DNA from: a virus
IMG/VR virus record: IMGVR_UViG_3300027550_000001
Strand: one strand, 5' to 3'
DNA length: 35,117 nucleotides
A program made the position numbers and the translations under genes. This document shows, in pieces, positions 1 through 4,117 of the stretch; position 1 is the stretch's first letter, and the number at the start of each line of letters is the position of its first letter. A model generated the notes under the pieces. That model searched no databases and had not been told where the DNA came from. It saw only the letters and a list, made by a program, of their open reading frames with translations.

Positions 1-127
1 CCCCGGATGGGGATTCGCCATCCTTTCCCCTTTTTGTCCCTCTCAGGAAAAAGCCGGACGGTAGCTGAGCCTTGGTCAACGCAGCCCCGGTCAGATCCGT
101 GTTTTCAAGGTTGGCCTTGGTCAGGTC
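1..127. repeat. Terminal direct repeat, copy 1 (identical to 34991..35117)
   Basis: Base-by-base comparison shows 1..127 equals 34991..35117. About 70 nt of the repeat is non-repetitive sequence (ccccggatggggattcgccatcctttcccctttttgtccctctcaggaaaaagccggacggtagctgagcc), so the match is not just pentapeptide-repeat self-similarity. Confidence 0.95.
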
Positions 128-748
128 GGCCTCGGTGAGGTAAGCATCGGCCAAGACCGCCCAGGTCAAGTTCGCCCAGGTCAGGGTTGCCCGGGTCAGG
201 TCCGCCTCGGTCAAGTTTGCCTCGATCAAAGTTGCCTCGGTCAGGTTGGCCTTGATCAGATCCGTGTTTTCAAGGTTGGCCTTGGTCAGGTCGGCCCCGG
301 TCAGGAAGGCCCCGGTCAGGAAGGCCCCGGTCAAGTTTGCCCCGGTCAAGTTCGACCAGGCTAGATCCACCTTGGGCAGGTCGGCCCCGGTCAGGTCGGC
401 CTCGGCCAAGATCGCCTGGGTCAAGGTCGCCCCGCTCAGGTAAGCCTCGGTCAAGATCGCCCCGGTCAGGTTGGCCTTGCTCAGATCCGTGTTTTCAAGG
501 TTGGCCTTGGTGAGATTCGCTCCGGTCAGGTCGGCCCCGTTCAGGTTCGCCCCGTTCAGGTAAGCCTGGGTCAAGGTTGCCCCGGTCAAGTTTGTCCCGC
601 TCAGGTCAGCGTCGGTCAGGTCAGCGTCGGTCAGGTCAGCGTCGGTCAGGTCAGCGTCGGTCAGGTCAGCATCGGTCAGGTCTACCTTGGTCAGATCCTT
701 TCCTTTCAGGTTGGCATCTCTGAGGTTGGTCTTGTCGAGTTCTGTCAT
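1..748 (-). CDS. Pentapeptide-repeat protein A (PRP-A); 5' part of a gene that crosses the window join
   Basis: Absent from the ORF track because it runs off the edge. Manual minus-strand translation from ATG (748..746) gives MTELDKTNLRDANLKGKDLTKVDLTDADLTDADLTDADLTDADLTDADLSG... and ends ...TEADLTKANLENTDLTGAALTKAQLPSGFFLRGTKRGKDGESPSG at nt 2. I translated 748..661 and 136..1 in full and spot-checked the middle for in-frame stops, finding none. The frame continues through 34990 to TAG at 34973..34971, giving about 255 aa on a circular map. Confidence 0.85.
   Translation of the reverse strand, partial: MTELDKTNLRDANLKGKDLTKVDLTDADLTDADLTDADLTDADLTDADLSGTNLTGATLTQAYLNGANLNGADLTGANLTKANLENTDLSKANLTGAILTEAYLSGATLTQAILAEADLTGADLPKVDLAWSNLTGANLTGAFLTGAFLTGADLTKANLENTDLIKANLTEATLIEANLTEADLTRATLTWANLTWAVLADAYLTEADLTKANLENTDLTGAALTKAQLPSGFFLRGTKRGKDGESPSG
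601..675. repeat. Perfect 15-bp tandem repeat (tcaggtcagcgtcgg x4, plus one 1-mismatch unit) inside PRP-A
   Basis: Units start at 601, 616, 631 and 646 and are identical. The unit at 661 has a G>A change. The array encodes (DLTDA)x5 on the minus strand. Confidence 0.95.
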
Positions 749-811
749 TTCTTTTCTCTCTTTGGTTGTTGGCGGCTTCCCTGCCGGTCTCTGCTCCCTG
801 ACTATGGGTAC

Positions 812-839
812 ATGATACCATGTGTTTTCGATCTGTCAA
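812..839 (-). promoter_or_regulatory. Sigma70-type promoter for PRP-A
   Basis: The reverse complement reads TTGACA-gatcgaaaacacatgg-TATCAT: 16-nt spacer and a TGn extended -10. It lies about 65 nt upstream of the ATG at 748. Confidence 0.6.
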
Positions 840-996
840 CGCTTTTTTGCAGCTTTTAGCTACCGAATGCGAATAGCGCACGGAGGAGGTATTCCCATCG
901 GCCAGGCCAGGGCACGGAGCAAAATTTGTTGACAAAACAAAACAACAAAGTAATCTATATCCACGCTTTCGAAATAACCCAAATAAAGAAAAGAAA

Positions 997-1080
997 ATGA
1001 AAAATCCCGTATTCGAAGTTGTGAGCGTGGCCACATCCATAATGTGGCGACTGGAGACTCGCGCTAGATGGAATTCGCCC
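997..1080 (+). pseudogene. Inverted N-terminal remnant of the small-protein family (paralog of 1505..1774)
   Basis: MKNPVFEVVSVATSIMWRLETRARW matches MKNPIREVVNLVSSIMWYLETHSRW of the minus-strand gene at 1774. After about 28 codons the similarity is lost and the ORF tail is Arg-rich junk (RHRGTRSQSRF...). Confidence 0.45.
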
Positions 1081-1207
1081 CCTCATCTCCGACATAGAGG
1101 AACCCGATCTCAATCAAGGTTTGTAGATTTTCAGCGCCGAAGTCATTTCCCTTTTCGGTGTATACCTGGCGGAAGTCGCCTTCGGCGCTGAGTGCTTTTT
1201 CAGCCAT
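1064..1207 (-). CDS. Small hypothetical protein (47 aa)
   Basis: Manual translation: MAEKALSAEGDFRQVYTEKGNDFGAENLQTLIEIGFLYVGDEGANSI*. GAGGG lies 8 nt upstream of the ATG. It is below the ORF-track size cut-off. Its 3' end collides with the remnant at 997..1080. Confidence 0.35.
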   Translation of the reverse strand: MAEKALSAEGDFRQVYTEKGNDFGAENLQTLIEIGFLYVGDEGANSI

Positions 1208-1265
1208 TGGCTTTACCCTCTTTTGAGATTGGATTTCTAGGGCCTTCCGTGGCCGCCAATCGATC

Positions 1266-1508
1266 CTAGGAATCGATCATGTGCTTAACCATCCAGTCGA
1301 TCACGTCTTCCTTTCCACAAAAGAACTTTCCTTCGGCATCCTGTTGTAACAATCCGGAGTTGTGGAGTACTTCCTCTTCGATCTCACCTAAGCCCCTATC
1401 CCAATCAGATGTCCAATCCATGTCAGTAGTCCATATGTAGGAAATAAGATCGCGTAGGTACCTGTTGAGAAGAAAAGCATTAGGATGTGTATCGGGTTTT
1501 TCTTTCAT
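1266..1508 (-). CDS. Small protein, W..W..sGLL family (80 aa)
   Basis: ORF track. ISYIWTTDMDWTSDWDRGLGEIEEEVLHNSGLLQQDAEGKFFCGKEDVIDWM aligns with the upstream paralog. A 4-nt start/stop overlap with 1505..1774 suggests translational coupling. Confidence 0.7.
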   Translation of the reverse strand: MKEKPDTHPNAFLLNRYLRDLISYIWTTDMDWTSDWDRGLGEIEEEVLHNSGLLQQDAEGKFFCGKEDVIDWMVKHMIDS

Positions 1509-1774
1509 TTTTCTTGCCTCGCATTGTGGTGTGCGTCATAGTGCTCTTCGTCTAGGAGGGCTAAATTCAGAGCCCGGCTAGAAATCCATGCCACAAAATC
1601 CCGTTTTGTAACATGTAAGCCGCTTCCACTGTTACGCTGTAGAAGACCTGCTTTGTGGAGTGTCATCAATGCCTTCTCATCATCGTCTGGGGACGCATCC
1701 CATCTAGAGTGGGTCTCCAGGTACCACATTATGGATGAAACTAGGTTCACAACCTCTCGTATGGGATTTTTCAT
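1505..1774 (-). CDS. Small protein, W..W..aGLL family (89 aa from ATG 1774; the ORF track extends to a TTG at 1795)
   Basis: SIMWYLETHSRWDASPDDDEKALMTLHKAGLLQRNSGSGLHVTKRDFVAWI. The ATG at 1774 (MKNPIREVV) matches the start of the inverted remnant at 997. Confidence 0.7.
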   Translation of the reverse strand: MKNPIREVVNLVSSIMWYLETHSRWDASPDDDEKALMTLHKAGLLQRNSGSGLHVTKRDFVAWISSRALNLALLDEEHYDAHHNARQEK

Positions 1775-1804
1775 TTTCGTGTTCTCTCTTTTCAAGGAGT
1801 TCCT

Positions 1805-1827
1805 CTAAACTGATGGGTACAGTTTAG
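1805..1827. promoter_or_regulatory. Operator-like perfect palindrome CTAAACTG-n7-CAGTTTAG
   Basis: The 8-bp arms are at 1805..1812 and 1820..1827. The right arm overlaps the -10 of the leftward promoter (1821..1826). Confidence 0.5.
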
Positions 1828-1850
1828 CAGGCAGGATGTGTATTTGTCAA
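1821..1850 (-). promoter_or_regulatory. Leftward sigma70-type promoter for the 1774/1508 operon
   Basis: The reverse complement reads TTGACA-aatacacatcctgcctgc-TAAACT with an 18-nt spacer. Confidence 0.55.
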
Positions 1851-1913
1851 GGGAAAGTCCGAAAGAAGAGCAGATAAAGCCCGTAAAGTTTGTTGACAAA
1901 TTGAGGATAAAAA

Positions 1914-2183
1914 ATGAATGTACCCAAGCTGAATTGGTCGGGCGCAGGCGATGTATTAAGAGATTTACGCCTACAATATGGACATTCTGCGGCGGATGCT
2001 AGCCGACACCTTGGAATTTTGCCTGTTTACGTATCTCGCCTCGAAAGCGGGAAGCGGCAAGTTTGCTTAAACGTACTCCACATATATTCTAAAAAATACA
2101 ATATTCCTATGTCAGTGCTCTTGGATAGGATTATAGACCGTCTGGGGTTGGACCCCTTACTGTCACGTCAGAGCCAGCGATAG
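1914..2183 (+). CDS. XRE/Cro-CI family helix-turn-helix regulator (89 aa)
   Basis: LRDLRLQYGHSAADASRHLGILPVYVSRLESGKRQVCLNVLHIYSKKYNIPMSVLL is a typical HTH_3 pattern. The gene is divergent from the 1774 operon. Confidence 0.8.
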   Translation: MNVPKLNWSGAGDVLRDLRLQYGHSAADASRHLGILPVYVSRLESGKRQVCLNVLHIYSKKYNIPMSVLLDRIIDRLGLDPLLSRQSQR

Positions 2184-2211
2184 TCCGAATCGCCCTCGGG
2201 CGAGCGCAGGG

Positions 2212-2234
2212 AGCAGACCGGATCTGCTTTTGTT
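2212..2234 (+). terminator. Intrinsic terminator after the XRE gene
   Basis: AGCAGA-ccgga-TCTGCT hairpin followed by TTTTGTT. Confidence 0.55.
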
Positions 2235-2279
2235 AAGAAAAAATCCGAAAAAAAATCAGAGAAAATCCGCAAAAAGTCC

Positions 2280-2308
2280 TTGACAGGAAGAGAGCCCACA
2301 GGTAGACT
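2280..2308 (+). promoter_or_regulatory. Sigma70-type promoter with upstream phased A-tracts
   Basis: TTGACA (2280..2285), 17-nt spacer, TAGACT (2303..2308). Upstream, 2236..2279 carries four A-tracts (aaaaaatccg, aaaaaaaatcag, agaaaatccg, caaaaagtcc) at roughly 11-nt spacing. Confidence 0.6.
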
Positions 2309-2353
2309 ATACCCATCGACTGAGAAAACAACTGGCCCCGGAGGCCCTCACAA

Positions 2354-2638
2354 ATGAAACTGACAAAAAAAGCCGTCCTGATCGAAACCCGCCAAATGCG
2401 TAAAGAGTTAGAAAGCCGTTCCGATCTCCCTTTGATACGGTTAGCGAAGGATAAATCCCGACTGCTCGAATGGGCAAAGTATATAGGAGCGAAAGTCAAA
2501 TTGGAGGACAAGATCCGGCTCAAGATGGCTTTCAACCCGAAGTCTGAGGTCGCCCAAAACACCATCAGCCACGATCTAAAGCATCTTCGGTACGAAATCG
2601 ATCAGTATATCCAGAAATTAGAAGCTGCTCTCATCTAG
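2354..2638 (+). CDS. Hypothetical protein (94 aa)
   Basis: ORF track. GGAGG lies 9 nt upstream of the ATG. No motif recognised. Confidence 0.6.
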   Translation: MKLTKKAVLIETRQMRKELESRSDLPLIRLAKDKSRLLEWAKYIGAKVKLEDKIRLKMAFNPKSEVAQNTISHDLKHLRYEIDQYIQKLEAALI

Positions 2639-2802
2639 AGCTCTCCTAGGCCACGGAAGGCCTGCAGGCGATTTCTTGTCTAGAAACCGCTTAGCGGAAA
2701 TCTAGTAAAATCCCATCCTTCCCCTCCTTAAATTAGGGGAGGATCTCACGTTTTATTCTCTTAAATGTGGAAGAATTTCGCCTGCGCGTCTGGTTTGTGC
2801 CT

Positions 2803-3339
2803 TTAACGCTGATCGGCCAACGAAAGCCAGTTTTTTTTGGTGCATTCTCTCACGCTTCTTTCGCTTTTAGAGAATGACCCCTTCCCCTTCTGAACAGCCC
2901 ACAAAGCTAGCAATGCCGCCTCAGCAATTCCATTATTAGCCATAATAGACCATTTGAAAATATCGTCAGCCCCGAAAGATTGAGACGCAAAATTCAAACT
3001 CTCACGTTTATTGCTTCCAATCCTAAAAAAGGATTTCCATGTTCGGGGATGAACCCAAAGAGTAGGAACCTGCATTAATTGTGAAATAGCTGCCAGGATA
3101 CCCATATTTAATCCCGAAGAAAACGTGGCCACTGAACTTTGTCCGGGCATAGGAATACCCTTTTCAATAACAAACAAATCTGGGTTCTGAGTCAGACAAA
3201 AAGTAGAAACTTCATTAGCATTAATTATCTTTTTTCCTGCCAATATAGAAGTTGGAATTCGCTTTGCTCTCCATAATTTCATACCATCCAATACAGCAAT
3301 TCCTCCTGTTATGCCCGGATCAATGCCAATTGTTATCAT
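2803..3339 (-). CDS. RuvC-like Holliday-junction resolvase
   Basis: The N-terminus MITIGIDPGITGGIAVLDG is the RuvC-fold motif. A second acidic motif follows in LFVIEKG, and the C-terminus has NNGIAEAALLALWA. Confidence 0.75.
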   Translation of the reverse strand: MITIGIDPGITGGIAVLDGMKLWRAKRIPTSILAGKKIINANEVSTFCLTQNPDLFVIEKGIPMPGQSSVATFSSGLNMGILAAISQLMQVPTLWVHPRTWKSFFRIGSNKRESLNFASQSFGADDIFKWSIMANNGIAEAALLALWAVQKGKGSFSKSERSVRECTKKNWLSLADQR

Positions 3340-3560
3340 TTCTGCGCCTCATTTTCTCCGGTTAATTCCTTAATCCCCACATCAAAAGTCATGCTCAACA
3401 ATCGAAGTGAGATATGAGTGGGGATATGACTGTTATTCTCGAATGACACAAGAACAGATGGAAGAATGCCAGATACTTCTGACAAATCATCTATAGTCAT
3501 ATTACGCTCATCTCTAAGGGAGCGCAATCGTTGCGGGAATTGCGGATACTTATTTTCCAT
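3336..3560 (-). CDS. XRE-family HTH regulator (74 aa)
   Basis: LRSLRDERNMTIDDLSEVSGILPSVLVSFENNSHIPTHISLRLLSMTFDVGIKELTG. A 4-nt overlap with the resolvase gene. Confidence 0.8.
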   Translation of the reverse strand: MENKYPQFPQRLRSLRDERNMTIDDLSEVSGILPSVLVSFENNSHIPTHISLRLLSMTFDVGIKELTGENEAQK

Positions 3561-3591
3561 TTTCGCTCCGGGAAGTCTTCATACATTCTCA

Positions 3592-3855
3592 TTAAGAAAT
3601 GTGCTTACCTGTATCAGATAGAATATTATCAGGTAAAGGATTTCTGTATATGTCATCAATTGATACTTTAAGGATGCGTGCCAAATTTTGAAGAGTATAA
3701 AGTGAAGGGAGTCTTTCACCCGACTCAAACCGTTGAATAACCCACAAATGTAACCCCGCTTTTCTTGCCAGTTCAAATTGGGTTAATCCTCTTTCCTTCC
3801 GAAGGGTTTTTAACTTAAATGGAAAATCATCATCTTTTGGTAAGTAATACATCAT
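3592..3855 (-). CDS. XRE-family HTH regulator (87 aa)
   Basis: LKTLRKERGLTQFELARKAGLHLWVIQRFESGERLPSLYTLQNLARILKVSIDDIY. Confidence 0.8.
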   Translation of the reverse strand: MMYYLPKDDDFPFKLKTLRKERGLTQFELARKAGLHLWVIQRFESGERLPSLYTLQNLARILKVSIDDIYRNPLPDNILSDTGKHIS

Positions 3856-3974
3856 TCATATCACCACTTTGATTTAACGGTGTCGATGGCCTGCAGCCCT
3901 TCGAGCGGGCCCCTTCGGGGTTGAAAGTACGTGCCTCTCGGATTTCCGACCCTTGGGGAAGGGATTACCCATTA

Positions 3975-4032
3975 CCCCGAAACCCCTAACTCCCATCCCC
4001 TAAGGGGGATGGGGAGTATAGGGGTTTCGGGG
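3975..4032. repeat. 58-bp near-perfect palindrome overlapping the -10 of the promoter
   Basis: Left arm ccccgaaacccctaactcccatcccc (3975..4000), loop taag, right arm ggggatggggagtataggggtttcgggg (4005..4032). The arms are complementary apart from two 1-nt bulges. Each strand also carries four G-runs of 3 or more. Confidence 0.9.
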
Positions 4033-4043
4033 ATTAATGTCAA
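4015..4043 (-). promoter_or_regulatory. Near-consensus sigma70 promoter for the 3855 XRE / 3560 XRE / resolvase operon
   Basis: The reverse complement reads TTGACA-ttaatccccgaaacccc-TATACT with a 17-nt spacer. It lies about 150 nt upstream of the ATG at 3855. Confidence 0.7.
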
Positions 4044-4072
4044 TCCCTGAGAAAATCAACAACTTACAATTT

Positions 4073-4102
4073 GGGACCACTAGGGCTCAAAAAAGTGGTC
4101 CC
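4073..4102 (-). terminator. 3' hairpin after the primase-helicase gene (no U-tract)
   Basis: GGGACCACT-n12-AGTGGTCCC, a 9-bp stem 15 nt past the stop at 4118. The absence of a T-run keeps confidence low. Confidence 0.3.
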
Positions 4103-4117
4103 AATAAAAACAATGGG

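Larger units (their letters stand above)
3923..4047. repeat. Promoter-leader module, copy A (paralog of 30911..31041)
   Basis: Alignment by eye. The shared blocks are gaaag.g..gc.tctcggatttc.g..ccttgg and ccccgaaacc.ctaact..ccatcccctaa.ggat, and both copies end in aatgtcaatccc. Confidence 0.8.

Noticed and set aside
246-443. Plus-strand ORF (65 aa, APVR/APVK-rich) inside the PRP-A region
   Set aside because: It is the antisense reading of the 15-nt periodic pentapeptide repeat. Any frame of such a repeat stays open, and the minus-strand A(D/N)LxX frame is the biologically coherent one.
1-748. The 15-bp periodic repeats as a possible CRISPR array or satellite
   Set aside because: The period is 15 nt with no unique spacers, and the region is one continuous in-frame pentapeptide-repeat CDS with start, RBS and stop. 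No cas genes are present.
666-1040. Minus-strand 124-aa ORF overlapping the PRP-A start and its promoter region
   Set aside because: It is out of frame with PRP-A and spans the predicted promoter and 5' UTR. Its translation is Cys/Arg-rich and low in complexity, and it has no RBS.
1893-1898. TTGACA at 1893 as the -35 of the XRE gene promoter
   Set aside because: A 17-nt spacer would place the -10 inside the coding sequence, after the ATG at 1914. The hexamer is more likely part of the recurring TTTGTTGACAAA near-palindrome (operator candidate), or it is non-functional.
1241-2662. 14-bp inverted repeat ggccttccgtggcc (1241..1254) / ggccacggaaggcc (2649..2662) flanking the regulator region, as possible invertible-segment ends
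   Set aside because: A 14-mer inverted match is expected by chance about once or twice in 35 kb. No invertase or recombinase is encoded, and the flanks show no further homology.
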